A stretch of 64,000 nucleotides of DNA from Zancudomyces culisetae HAW-14-8 (lineage: Eukaryota > Fungi > Kickxellomycota), in assembly GCA_052426225.1 (NCBI GenBank), contig JBNJNM010000011.1, positions 372,001-436,000 of the forward strand, written 5' to 3'. The translations under genes were made by a program, and so were the position numbers. Of the stretch, positions 34,362 through 47,828 are shown piece after piece; the stretch's first letter is position 1, and every line of letters starts with the position of its first letter. Below the pieces are notes generated by a model. It saw only the letters and a program-made list of their open reading frames with translations. It searched no databases and was not told the DNA's origin.

Positions 34362-36261
34362 AAACCCACCGACAAAAAGATTGTGTATCTACTAGTTTGG
34401 AATTTTTAATATTTTTAGGCCTATTTAATTAAATATAATAATTAAAGCATGCTCACTAATTAATATTCTGGTTTGACATATTTAATAATCTTGGACAGTA
34501 ACGGAAATATTGTAGCTATTATTAATATTATCACAAAAGAAATATCGTAATTGTGGGGATATTTATTTTGTATTTGAAAGGATTTATTTACACCGTAAAT
34601 AAAAATTTTTTCAAAGGGGTTTGTAATATTTACATCTACCCAAAAAACATAATTCTTCAAAGTGTCTAAAAAAATATATCTAATACACCCAAAAAATGTT
34701 AGAGAGAAATGAAACAACGATATAGACTATTTCTCGATTTGATTTTCTCCTCCTGGCTCAATAAAAAACCACAAAATTTTGACGATTAACCATTTGCGAT
34801 TAAATCCATTGAAGTGTTTGATACTTGTAGCCTTGACCAATCTTCTCTCAAAGCGTTCCACAGAGGCGGTGATACAGCTTGGTCTCATTTAGGTTGGTGT
34901 TCGACAGCAGGCTTTCAGCTTGAGCATGATGAATGTTCCATACTTCTGGTACGTGTGTAACTTTTTTCCCGGATATTTCCCCTTTACACTTAGTTAGCAT
35001 ATCATATATATCCTGTATTTTTACATTGTTTTCACTTTTATTTTCAGTTTGTTTTCATACTTTATCTTCAATAAAGTATTTTATAAGTTTCTGATATCCT
35101 ATCATAAGACTACAGTTATATATCATATTTTTATAATTTTCACCGCCCTTCTTACAATAACTATACTGATTGTCACATATATATTTTTCCATTGTTATCA
35201 CTTGGTACTTTTATATCCTTACCTGCTAGTATGCCTCAGTGAATCTGTTAGTTTAGGTTGTATGTTTAAGTTTCGAAGCTGTTTTCAGTTGATTATCTCT
35301 ATTCTGTTTATTTGTACTCTCATTTCTTATGGTTTGGTTGAACCTGTCTCTGATTTTGTTCTACAAGATGCACCTCATGATATTGCTGTGCCATTTCGTT
35401 GAGTATACCAATTCTTTGTTTTCAATGATAATTAGCCCTCACTTAGATACTCTACCTAAATTTTCATCATTTTCAGCTCCAAAAGGTGTTGTTTTCGATT
35501 TTGCTTAAATAAAATTTCTTTGATTTATTTCCAGTTTCAATTAAATATTTCGATATACCATCATTATATAATTTTTTTACAATTACCGAAGTTGAATACT
35601 TTTTTAAATCCAATTGCTTCAATAATATATATTTATTTGTAGTGATATATATCGATCAAATTTTAGACAAGATTAACCCTTAGGCTATTTATACCAATAA
35701 ACTCCCTATTTTTAAAGCTCGCGATGTCGCTTTTTTTAAATATAATCATACAAAGCTACTAACTTTGACCATAAATAATCCATTTTTGACACTTATGCGT
35801 CAATAGTTTATTAAAAAAAAGCGTCTGAGAGCTCAATTTCACCGCTAATGTATCTGTTTGAATTTTAGTAATTTATCATTGGTTTACGCAATTCTTACCA
35901 CAAAAACTGTAAGTAGTTGAAGATTTCTGTTGTACTTAAAATTAAACCAAATCCCCATTTAAAATATGGGAAATTCAACTGTGAATAATATGAATCAGTC
36001 CTCAACCACACAAAACTCCTGGGGTATCAATTTTTTCTATCCCAATTTTTGATTTCTTTCTATTTCATATAGAATTCTTCACTACTCTTTTAATTTTCAT
36101 AAAACAGTTTACCAGATGATTTGAATTGGGTGCTAAGTCAAACCTTGGACAAAAAAAAAAGTGTTGGTACAATACATTGCTGGTTATTCATAGATGAACT
36201 TGCTAAAGGTTTTAGCAATCGATTCTATATTGAGAGCAACTTTTTACCGATATATTTTTGA

Positions 36262-36615
36262 TTAAACCAAATGATTTGAAGGTGATTCCCAAGCATTAAA
36301 AAAGCTTCCATTTCTTTTACAAAATAAACCATAATTAGCAAATAGTTTTTCGATGCAATTTACAAAGTATACAACAATTTTTTTGCCAAAGATGTGGCAG
36401 AAGCAACCGGGCAGATCTCGTTTGTTTTTCGGGTTTCTGACGGATAGAAACACCTGGTTGATTACTTCTTCAAGATCTTTAAATGGGTCACGTGGCGGTT
36501 CGGGTTCTACACCCATGGACGAGACACCTGATCTGGCACCTTTGGAAGAGTAGCGGCCATTATCTTGAAACTGTTGGATGATTGCCGAACGGAGTTGCTT
36601 AATCAGACCTGACAT
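36262..36615 (-). pseudogene. Short decayed coding-like remnant (possibly of TE origin)
   Basis: 117-codon GC-richer ORF (MSGLIKQLRS...GVEPEPPRDPF) in very AT-rich surroundings; no diagnostic motif. Confidence 0.25.
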
Positions 36616-37621
36616 TGAAATTTTAGTTTTTTAAAATAATCTCTTACTTTTTTAAATATTAGCCTTAGCACTATTCTTATAACTTGACTTATAATCAATC
36701 TGTTTCAAAAAAATTACCTGTTCAATCTTATTAATTTTCTTGTATACTGTATACTTTAAAACTACTAAAAGAGCTAAAGATACTCCTAATGAGATCTCTT
36801 TTTCTTTTAAATATGTTAATTGCTATAGTTAAAACTATTATAAAACTATTCCTATTAATGTCTACTATACCTGTTATTACTTTTATTTAGCCTTGTTATT
36901 ATCCTCATGTTCTGTCTCATTTCCCATACTCGTATATCTACTCTTATTGTATTTGATCTATACTATTACTAATAAATTCTTTTTCTGTTATTGCATTTTG
37001 AAATTTTTCTAGTTGATTTTTGATTTGATTTCTTGATTAATTTTGTGATCGGAAATATAGCTCATGTTTTTGATTGTTATCATCATACATAACATCAAAT
37101 TCATTATTCACATATTAATAACTTTCTGTAATTTTATAGTTTCCCTAGAAAATGTATCATTTAGGTCTTATAACCTAGAACACGCGACACACACTAAACT
37201 CGAGTAATACGAAACTCTCGTTATTGTACTAAACAATAAACATTTTTAATTCTACCTTCAAATATATTAAGTTACTACCAGATTTTGCATAACCAAGTTT
37301 AAACGCTGCTCCTATTTATATTTATCTATTTAACTGCTTATTAAATAAACAATTAAATAATTTTATTATTGTACTACTGAAAGTAATATATTTTCTTGAT
37401 AAATTTTAAATGAATGAGTTTTTCTTTTTTAAGTTTGTTTATTTCAAAAACAGCAAAAAGATGTAAATATAAACTCTGAACACCTCTTGCTAAAAACCTT
37501 TACTTCAAACATTTTAAATTTTAATTATAATCACTAATATAATAGAACCAAAATAGAAATGAAACTGATCAAATAGGGAGTAGCTATCATACCATTTTAA
37601 GTATCACATTGGTATTCAGTC

Positions 37622-38083
37622 TTATGAGGTAGTCCAAATATAAGATACCGCAGAACGACGACCGAGAGCATACCATACCCCATTAATCGAATTCCCCAGT
37701 CTCATATCATGGACATAGCAGGTACCTCCACAATTTGCATCTCTACAGAGTAAGAATGCGCCTTTGTTGATATTTCTGCCGTCCATTTTTACAGCTACAA
37801 ACTCCGGTGATGCGTAGCACCTATTTGATTTGATATTGAAAGTACCTAGTGGTTGACTAGGGGCGCGGCCGACAGCGAGTGGATTACTAAGGCCGGAACC
37901 GACACGGAACAGTTGAACTATCATATTATCATTTCTGGATGTATGTGAGTTTGTGGTCAGTTCTAGATCTCTGTTTTCATCCACAGTTTGCAAAGTTTGG
38001 TTTTGTGCACTTTGTGGTAAGGCTGAGCTAGATACAAGGATGCTTAAAATGCTGAGAATGCTGAGTGTTGTTGACTTGATCAT
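37622..38083 (-). CDS. Small secreted protein (153 aa, 4 Cys in the C-terminal domain)
   Basis: Signal peptide MIKSTTLSILSILSILVSSSA-LP; C-terminal NRCY...FLLCRDANCGGTCY; TATAAAA upstream on the - strand (~38179-38185). Confidence 0.8.
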   Translation of the reverse strand: MIKSTTLSILSILSILVSSSALPQSAQNQTLQTVDENRDLELTTNSHTSRNDNMIVQLFRVGSGLSNPLAVGRAPSQPLGTFNIKSNRCYASPEFVAVKMDGRNINKGAFLLCRDANCGGTCYVHDMRLGNSINGVWYALGRRSAVSYIWTTS

Positions 38084-38873
38084 TTTCGGTTTTTGTATTT
38101 CTTTTTCAATGCTAATACGAAATGTTAAATTATTATTGAATGCGATATAGTTTTTTTTAATATCGAAAAAGTATTGCCTTTTATACTTTACAGAGACAAT
38201 CGGATATTTCCCTATCCATAAAGTATAAAATATGTTTAGTATTGTACAGGACTGTGGCTTTGGTATTATTATTATGCCGACTATACTAGCTACAACTATA
38301 TGTGAAGTACTCCCTATTATTAATTAAATGTCATTCGCAATACTCTTTTTTGTTGTCGTATCCAACATAATGAATCTAAATACAGTCTAAATTGGTAATG
38401 CGAGTTTTAATTATATTTCTACACATAGGTATATGTGTTTGGCTAATATCTATACATAGATCTTTAAAAATATATAAACAAAGCATATCGATTGCAAACC
38501 AATCTTAACTTTTCTCTGTTTTCTGTTTTCATAAATATAAATTTGTCTGGTTGTTAATGGGTATTGGGTGAGTAATCACTTAATCTAGATGCTTACATAG
38601 AAATATCACGATTTCATTTTGCTCAACTAAACATATTGCTAAAATAGTCCATAATTAATATCTAAAAAGAAACATGTGAAATTGACCCCTAAAGCTATTA
38701 CTTCGGCATCCATGATAATCAATTCTGCTCTTTTTCTATTTTTGGGTGAGCGTTTTACACAAACCTTTCGGTCTAAAATAACTTGATAACAAGTTGAATC
38801 GAATTCCTCAATTATTAGGTAAGCTAAGAGTATCATAAACGTAAAGATATTCTGCACTGTGTGATAGCTATAA

Positions 38874-38929
38874 TACTCTGATATAGAACATGAATCTATT
38901 GTACTCTGATTTAGAACATGAGTCTATTA
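38874..38929. repeat. 28-bp tandem duplication
   Basis: tactctgatatagaacatgaatctattg / tactctgatttagaacatgagtctatta. Confidence 0.7.
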
Positions 38930-40312
38930 TTACTCAACTATTTATATCAAGGTGCTATTATGAAATCAAATAGTGAAGCTTCACTTCCCAAAGGTTCACA
39001 ACTCGGAGCTGCTACTCTTATTTTACAATGCTCCCTTTTATTGTTAGATACATGATACTTTTATTTGTAATGGTCTAGTCAATGTCAATTTTAGGTTTGA
39101 ACAGATTTGTAATTATTCGCCAATCTAAAATGATCAACATTAATCTCTCGTCGGGAAAAAAGGAAGTAAAGGGTGAAATTTTTTGAGTATTTGCGGGGCC
39201 GAGACATTTTGATAGTTTTACAGATTTCTAATGCACCTGATAAACTGCGAATAGTACTAATTCTGTTTTTATTGCGAATATTACAAGATGATTTAAAAAA
39301 TTTTATCATAAGCGCAATTTTCTCGCTTTTTATAAGCTCATATTTCTTGAAGAATTATTATTTTTTATTCTTATTACATATTATTTACTGCAAATGTAAT
39401 ATAATTTTTAATGAGCTGGAGTTACCAAATCAAATAAATAGAATTGTAGGTATTTGAGTGGTAAATGACCGCGTGTTGATATAATTATAACTATTGTGCA
39501 TTTAGGTGTTACTATAAAACTAGATCTTCCTCGCAAAAAAGATTGATAAATACTACAATAACATAAAAGATAGAGAGTAAAAAAAACTGGGGGACCCTCA
39601 GAATAAAAAGAATCCCACATTCACAACGACGGTAGTTTAACCTGTTCTTTTTAAAATTTTAAACAGGAGTCCTACATTCTGTCTTATCACGTTAACATTT
39701 ATGGATTCATTTTTCTAGTTCCATGTTTCGTGCAGAAGTGGGAAATATCACATTTATTCTTTTTTGGATTTTCTTAATTTTATTGCTATTATCAAAATAT
39801 TATTATCTATATTGATAAATGAATCAAACAAACCTACTCTATAATAGACTATGTGAATATAGAATTCTAACTAACAAGGGGAGTACCTAATCTCATGTAC
39901 ATTCTCCTCTGAATATATCTATTATGGTTTTTATTATACTTTCAGATGAACTTTTAACACATTTTGTCGTATAGACAATATACGATTGGATTTTTAAATA
40001 AACTAAATAGAAATTCTAAATTTATCAGAAAATAAGATTATAATTTTTTAATCAACTAAATAGCATTAACGTTCTACAGTTTGCATAAATACACTATTCT
40101 GTAAATATAGAGAGTCGCAAAAATTACTCAGTGTTAGAAAATTAAATCCAATTTGTAATATCTTGTTATGAATATACAGTATCATTTCAGTTTTAATATT
40201 TAGTACAATAGTAATTAATCCTTGACAAAGATTTTAAATGTAATCATTAATAATAGTCATTTATAGTTTCTATTATAATTTAATAGTTAGTTTAAGCATT
40301 TAATTGATAACC

Positions 40313-40680
40313 TGCCAAGATCCGGGTTACAAGAGTGCAAGGCAAAGAGGTTAAGAGTTAATTTACAATATACGTATTTATTTAAGACTATAGAAAGTAT
40401 ACAAGATACCAGATGCCAAATCCAAGACAGGAATAACTCAACCTTTGATACTTTTTTCTTGCTTGGTTTAAGATCATTAAACAAAAGAAAACCTATGGAA
40501 TAAACTCAAAAAAAGGCTACAGAAAAAACTGATTTATTACAAATCAAGTTTGATTAGTAATCAAAATAAATTCGTTATCAATGTTGAAAAAATTTAATCA
40601 TGTAAATTATTACGAAAAAAAATAAAATAATAATAAATACTTTCTGAAATGTTCTAGAATATTCAGTTACATTCTAGAAA
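40313..40680 (-). repeat. Diverged, truncated LTR related to the element C LTR (reverse orientation)
   Basis: TGCCAAGATC...gtatacaagataccagatgccaaatccaagacagga...tgattagtaatca...ttattacg...atgttctagaat aligns by eye with the reverse complement of 47829-48240; the LTR 5' end is missing. Confidence 0.75.
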
Positions 40681-42526
40681 CTGATGGAGAAAGTGTTGGC
40701 AAATGTTTTATGGCGTTGTGCGATTGTGTTTATCGACGACATAATTGTGTACTCCAATACTTGGGAGGAACACAAGGGACATTTAGAAGAAGTTTTTGAA
40801 TGTCTCAGGAAGGGTAAAGTGCAATTGCACAAAGATAAGTGCGAATTCGGCAAGACCGAGATTCGTTACTTGGGGCATACCATTGGTAAGAATGGTATAA
40901 GTACAAATGAGGATAAAATAGTGAGTATAAACACTCTAATAAACCCAAGAAATGTTAAAGAAATACAATTCTTCTTAGGATTCACTGGGTACTATAGGAA
41001 GTTTATACCTAACTATGCGTTAGTGGCCAGACCGTTGACAAACCTCCTAAAGAAAGATGTCTCTTGGGAGTGGTCTGAAGAATGTAAAGAGGCGGTGCGG
41101 GAGCTAAAGAGACTGCTCACTCAAGCTCCTACACTGGCACATCCCAATTGGGACAGGGAATTTATCCTGACCACGGATGCCTCTGGGGTCGGACTGGGAG
41201 CTATCTTAACACAAGAAATAAATGGCGAAGAACGCCCAATAGCTTACGCCAGTCGCACCCTAAACATTCATGAAGCCAACTATGCTATTACTCATTTGGA
41301 AGGCCTTGCGGTAGTGTGGGGAATAAAGAAATTTAAACACTACCTTTGGGGAAAAAAGTTTGTGGTGAAGACAGACCATTTAGCATTACTAAAGGTCTTT
41401 GACACCCAGGACTTAAATGGCAGAGTAGCACGATGGGCAATGTTCCTGCGGGAGTTTGACTACGAATTCCAACATGTTAGGGGTGCTGTAAACCCTACTG
41501 ATTTCCTGTCAAGAAATCCAGGAATCACGGAAGAAGTAGCCCCAGGAGCAGAGGCCGAGGAAGTAGAAATAGCGGCAATGGATGTGTTACAGCACGCAGC
41601 TATTTCAAACTACCTAAGGGATAGAACTTACCCAAATAGAGCTAATGACGACTTCAGGAAAAGCCTTCGGGAAAAGGCTAATTGTTCAAGCTGCTGGATA
41701 ATAAGTTATGCAAAGTAACAAAGCAGTTTGGGATAAGGGAAGTACTTCAACATGAGAATCAAAAGGAGAAAATCCGGGAGATTCACGAAGAAGGTCATGA
41801 AGGAATACTCTATACCCTGAATCGCGCCCGAAACAAGTACTTCGGTAAAGGGTTGCGAGAGGTAGTTGAGGAAGTTGTAGGAGAATGTGAGCGTTGCCAA
41901 AAACAAGATAAAGGTAAATTCTTTAGAGAGCCGCTCCATCCCTTCCTAGCCATGCGACCATTTGAAATAATGGGGATTGACTTTGTAGGACCTATAAATC
42001 CTATAGCAAAGTCGGGCAACAAGTATGTCATAACTGCGATAGACTACTTGACGAAGTGGCCAATTGCTGTGGCGGTGCCACATGCTACTTCGGAAGTTGT
42101 GATTAACTTCTTGTTCACCAAAGTGGTGCAAGAGTTCGGTATACCCGCACAACTTATGTCTGACAGAGGAGCATCATTCACATCAGAATTGTCCTCTAAG
42201 TTTTACGAAGAGGTGGGGATTCACCACACCCCAACTACCGTATTTCGTCCCCAAGCTAATGGTCAAGTGGAACGCTTCCATAGAACTTTCCGTAATGTGT
42301 TAGCCAAAGTTTCTGAGAGAAACAAGGAAGAGTGGGATGCTTATATCTGGAAGGTCTTGTTAGTCATCAGGACTATGAAGAACAGGTCTACAGATAAAAG
42401 CCCCGCATAGTTACTGTATGGAGTAAAGTTGCAAACCCCAGCAACTTGGAGACCTCCTGCAGAAGTGGAAGATCTCGAGGAAGAGATTATTCAAAGGGTA
42501 AACGCCATACAAGTTGGTATCCCCGA
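40669..42526 (+). pseudogene. Element A: decayed Ty3/Gypsy pol fragment (C-terminal RT, RNase H, integrase), same clade as element E
   Basis: FIDD, TTDASGVGLGA, HEEGHEG...CERCQ, GIDFVGP, SDRGASF, PQANGQVER. Frameshift near 41680 and in-frame TAG at 42408. Truncated at the 5' end (fused to an LTR remnant) and cut at 42526 by a TG-starting sequence. Confidence 0.92.
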
Positions 42527-42647
42527 TGTTATGAATAGAACGTAGCTCTATAATTTATTTTTAATTAATTTTATTTCTCTTTAGTTTAATAAAGTTAATA
42601 TTTTTCTTAAATCAAGTTCATTAAATAAAATATATCTAGTTCTAACA

Positions 42648-42738
42648 AGTAACAATCCCCAGCTATTAGGAGAACTTTATGTAGGTTTAGTTGCGGAAAT
42701 TTCCTGAGAAATTTTCTGCAAACTAAAATTACAACAAC
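42648..42738. repeat. 91-bp direct repeat, copy 1 (hairpin-forming)
   Basis: agtaacaatcccc...ttacaacaac; 4 differences from 56689-56779. Confidence 0.9.
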
Positions 42739-42972
42739 GACCAGTGTCGTAATAATCATAATTCGTGTAACCATGATTATTAAGTTCATCATGTGTCATA
42801 CCAGTTCGGGTATGACCACTTGATGAAGATGCACCACTACCCCGTAGTGTGATGTGCATAATAGGGTGCTCGGGTGAGCTGTTTCCCCTATACAATGTCG
42901 GTGAGATACTGCTCACGGACATTGGTTCTGGGCTCCTACGGATTTGGAGTTGACGGACACTTTCTGTCAACT

Positions 42973-43284
42973 TGTCACGATTGACACTAGGTACTATTGT
43001 TGCTTGAAAATATTTTATTTAGTATAAGATAATATTTTATCGCTAAGGATTTCATAGCGAAAAAATATTACTTTATATATTCAATAATATTACTAATAAA
43101 AGCATGTACTAATATTATAATTAACTATTGTAAGATTAATGTTATAATTATAATTATGGTTTTGTGTTAGTATCATTACTTTAGTAAATGCTTAAAACAA
43201 CAAAATGTTTCAATAATAATAAGTGTTTTGAATCAGTATTGTAATAATACTAATTCAAAATCTTTTCATGTCATATTCATGACA
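42973..43284 (-). repeat. Element B 3' LTR
   Basis: tgtcacgattg...ttcatgaca; about 9 differences from 54510-54821 by eye. Confidence 0.95.
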
Positions 43285-46200
43285 TTACTCCCTCTTAAGG
43301 CTAATCAACGTGGTTTATTCGGATATAGTCTGTAAAATTGTTTAATTAATCCAGGAGCGTGTACATCTGTCGCATATTCCCAAGTTCTTTCTTCTGGAGG
43401 ATAACCCTTCCAATCAATTAAATATTTTAATTTGCCGTGAACAGTTTTAGAATCTAAAATCTCTGATACTTCATATTCTATCTGATCATTAACAATAACA
43501 GGTGGTGGAGGATCTTGTACACGATTAGAAAATGAGGTAGTTTTGTGTGGTTTCAACAGTGATATGTGAAATACAGGATGTATTCGCATACTTGGAGGTA
43601 AACGAAGTTTAACAGCAACTGGATTTATAATTTCCATAATCTCAAAAGGACCAATGTACTTATAATCCAACTTCCGACATGGTCTAGTAGATTTAATATT
43701 TTGTTGTGATAACCAGACCTTTTTTCCTATTGTAAAGTCTTGTGAATCTTTTCTTTTAAGATCTGCAAATCTTTTATAATCATTTTTAGCCTTGCATAAT
43801 TGAACAGTTAGCTCGGATTGAATATTTTTTAAATGCTTAATAAACTCTTCTGCTTGAGGAACTGGAGATTCAATTGTACTATCTAAAGTTAAGTTAGGAT
43901 TATAACCATAATTGGAGTAGAAAGGGCTAACTTTGGAACTTGAATGTGTCGCATTGTTATATGCGAATTCAGCCAAAGGTAACAGTTGAACCCAGTTGTC
44001 CTGTTGAAAATTGATAAAACAGCGTAGATACTGTTCGAGGATTTGATTTACATGCTCAGTCTGCCCATCAGACTGAGAGTGGAATGCTGAAGTCATACTC
44101 AAAGATATTTTACGTAGGCGTGTTAGTTCTTTTTAAAATTTTGAAACAAATTGTGTTCCACGATCTGAAACTATGTTCTGTGGCATCCCATGAAGTTTAA
44201 ATATATGTTTAATAAAATTTTTGGCAGTTTCTAAGGCAGTTGGTGTAGATTTAATAGGTACGAAGTGTGCCATCTTAGTTAATCGATCTACTACCACTAA
44301 GATAACAGTACAACCTTCTGAACAAGGTAAGTCAACTATAAAGTCCATTGAAACTGCTTCCCAAGGACGATTGGGTGTTTCTAATGGCATAAGTAGTCCA
44401 GCAGGTTTTGAGTTTAGGTGTTTTGTACGATTGCATACATCACAAGAATCTATATATTCTTTTACAGTATTAAACATCTTAGGCCACCAATAAGTACGTG
44501 ATATAAGTGTTTGAGTTTTTGCTCTTCCGAAATGACCTGCTATTGGAGAGTCATGGCAAATTTCTAGAATTTTTATTCGAATTGATTCAGGTACGTATAT
44601 CTTGTTCTTTACTTTTAAAATAGAATCTTGAAAACTAACCTGAGAGTTAGGTTTTCCTGATTTTAAAATTAGTTCTTTGGCTAGTATATCGTTATTTATA
44701 GTATTCTTAATCATTGATATAATATCTTTAGTTTGGTTGGTACTTATAGCGGAAATGTGAATTTTTGGTTTCCAAATAGGTTCAGGTTCTATATTTATTA
44801 TCCCCTCTTTATGCTCACTTTTCCTGGATAGGGCATCTGCCTTTCCGTTTTGGGATCCCGGACGATAAGTTAATACGATATCGAACCTAGTTAAAAATAA
44901 AGCCCATCTCGCTTGCCGTTGGTTTAATATTTTTGCAGACCTAAAATATTCTAAGTTTTTATGGTCAGTTATAACACTTACAGGATACAAAGCACCTTCG
45001 AGATGGTGGCGCCATTGTTCCAATGCACATTTTACTGCAAGTAATTCTTTATCGAATATATGATAATTTTGTTCGGCCGCATTTAAGGTTCTAGAATAAT
45101 AAGCTACAGGGTGTGTAACTCCATGATGTTTTTGCGATACACTGCGCCCAATGCATAATTAGATGCATCACATTCTAGAATAAATTGTTTATACGGATCA
45201 GGATGAGTTAAAACGGGTGCAGTCGTACATAATTCTTTAAGGTTTTCAAAAGCCTCTTGTTGATCCGATCCCCATACAAAGGGTGTATCCTTCTTTAATA
45301 ATGTCGTTATTGGTTTTACCGTTTTAGCAAAGTTGTTTATAAACCTTCTATAAAAGTTTACAAATCCCAAAAATACTTGAATATCTTTTACTGATTTTGG
45401 TACCTGCCATTCTTTAATTGTTACGATGCGATTTGGGTCCATAATAAGTCCAGCAGGGGTAACTATAAATCCTAAAAATTCAACCCTATCGCGGTCAAAT
45501 TCACACTTTTCAAGTTTAACATATAACTTGTTTGCTATAAGTCTTTCCAACACTGTGCGAACATGCGAGGTATGAATTTCGGCGTTTTCAGAAAATATTA
45601 ATATGTCATCTAGGTAGACAACCACGTAAAGATCTAGAATATCTCGAAATATATCGTTAACAAATGCCTGAAATGTTGCCGGTGCGTTTGAGAGCCCAAA
45701 CGGCATAACTTTATATTCGAAATGTCCATATTGTGTTCGAAATGCCGTTTTCCATTCGTCTCCTTTTCGGATTCGTACCAGATTATAAGCGCCGCGAAGA
45801 TCGAGTTTTGTAAATATTTTTGCAGATTGAACGCGTTCTAATAATTCTGACATCAATGGAAGTGCATATCTATTTCTTTTAGCTACTTTGTTTAATTCAC
45901 GGTAATCTACGACTAGACGCAGAGATCCATCTTTTTTCCCTGTAAAGAACACTGGTGCTGCAGCGGATGATATAGAACGAACAATAAACCCCTTGGCAAG
46001 GTTCTCATCTATATATTCTTTTAACACTTTTCGTTCGTTTAGAGATAAAGGATAAATTGTACCATAAGGAATTTTAGCATTAGGAATGAGATCTATTGAA
46101 CAATCATATTGTCTATGGGGTGGTAAGGTGTCGGCTTTCTGTTTATCAAAGGCTTGCCTAAGATCATAATATTTTTCAGGAATTGAAACCATCACTTTTG

Positions 46201-46663
46201 AACATGGTTGTGTTGGTTTAGCCTGACTAATTAACCCTATTAAATGGTTCATAATTCTAGGCTTTTTAAATGTATTTTCATCAATGCTTTCCAATTCTAT
46301 CTCTCTTTTCCTAAATGGCTCTACTGGATCAGCTGGAGGTGGTGTACGTGGTAAAATAATTTTATTTTGTTGATATTGTACATTTTCGTTACTGTAGTTC
46401 ATCTCTTCTTCCATTACAGATAATAATTCTTCATCCGTAACAGAATTATAATAACTTTGATTTTTGAGAAAATCTTCAATATCAACATCTTTATCAGGAT
46501 TAAATTCAAGATCGATGTAAGCGTTTAGATCACTACAGCTAGATAGTGATTGAATTTCCAAGTTAGAATAAGTTTTGGCTTGGGAATGATTTTCTGAATT
46601 TAAAATTGATTTTTGGATATTATGTGAATTAGAAAGGCTTTGATTCAAGAAAATGGAGTTAAA

Positions 46664-46730
<67 letters not shown>

Positions 46731-46780
46731 GACTGTTGCTCTTGCTGTTGCTGTGACTGTTGCTCTTGCTGTTGCTGTGA

Positions 46781-46820
<40 letters not shown>

Positions 46821-47075
46821 AACTGTGACTGTTGCTGTGACTGTTGCTCTTGCCGTTGCTGTGACTGTGACTGTTGCTGTGACTGTGTCATGGCCAATCA
46901 GGTGACATCTAACCTCCCATAACATTTATTCTAATATTTACTTAGTATTTAATTAATAACATTTGCCTAGCTGTAATTCCTTAAGAATTACAACCTGTTT
47001 AACTAATAAAACTCGTTCTGTGACAGACTGTTGCTGTTGCTGTTGTTGTTGTTGTTGTTGCTGTTGCTGTTGCTG
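46664..47075 (-). repeat. CAG/CAA (TGCTGT on +) microsatellites encoding polyQ inside the element B PR-RT linker
   Basis: Hexamer tracts at ~46664-46890 and ~47028-47075. Confidence 0.95.
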
Positions 47076-47777
47076 TATCATCGGCTGTAATTTATGCTCT
47101 TTAAATGATTTTGACTGTGGCTGTGATGGTAATATAGGCTGTGATTGTATCAAGGGCTGTGATTTTTGTCGTGGTATTTCCTGTGACGTTAAAATGGGAA
47201 AGATATAGGGGGTGGGTATTGTATTTTTTTTTTCATTTTTAACTTTTGTTTTTACTTGTTTTATATTATTACTTTGTAATTTAATGTGATGTTTCGCATT
47301 TTCCTTGCAATTGGTACTACAATAATAGTTATTAAATATAACCTTGCGGGTTTTCCAAATAATTGTTGGATTATGTAGTTCAAGCCACGGGAGACCCAAG
47401 ATAATATCAGCATGATGGCAGTTAATAATTTCAAAGACGATGGTTTCAAAATGATTATTATTTATTGAAAGTTCAAGAGGTACTGTGGTATGTGTTATTG
47501 GACCTGATGTCATAGAACTTCCATCAATGAATTCAATTGAAACAGGAATTCTCTTTGGTATAGTATTTATATTATTTTGGTTTACAATGGATTTGTTGAT
47601 GAATAAACCTGATGCGCCAGAGTCTATCATTGCTAATAATTTGACGGATGTGTTGTTGAACATAATTTTTATGGGCAGCAGGAAACGATAAGGATGTATG
47701 TTGGAATTAAGTGTTCCAATTATATATTGTGAATTATAAGAGAAAGAATTAGGAATACTGTTAAAATTATCTACCTT

Positions 47778-47822
47778 GTTCAGGTTTAACTTCCCAATTA
47801 AACCTGAACCTTGGCTTTTCCC
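47778..47822 (-). promoter_or_regulatory. Element B -1 ribosomal frameshift signal
   Basis: G GGA AAA heptamer (47822-47816), 6-nt spacer, perfect 12-bp stem GTTCAGGTTTAA/TTAAACCTGAAC; pol is in the -1 frame of the reconstructed gag. Confidence 0.75.
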
Positions 47823-47828
47823 AGTTTT

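Larger units (their letters stand above)
43305..47828 (-). pseudogene. Element B pol (protease, polyQ linker, RT, RNase H, integrase, chromodomain), disrupted
   Basis: AMIDSGAS, YLDD, ECDASNYA, HDSPIAGH..CDVC, SMDFI, SDRG, DGQTE, GPF, YEVSEILD..YLIDWKGY. Frame breaks near 46900-46950 and ~45140; in-frame TAA at 44133. Confidence 0.93.

Noticed and set aside
44133-44135. Probable TGG-to-TAA change in B's integrase as evidence of RIP-like hypermutation
   Set aside because: A single site; the LTR pairs show no C-to-T excess and element C is intact
46653-47208. Poly-Cys and poly-(Thr-Ala) ORFs
   Set aside because: Alternative-frame readings of the CAG/CAA microsatellite
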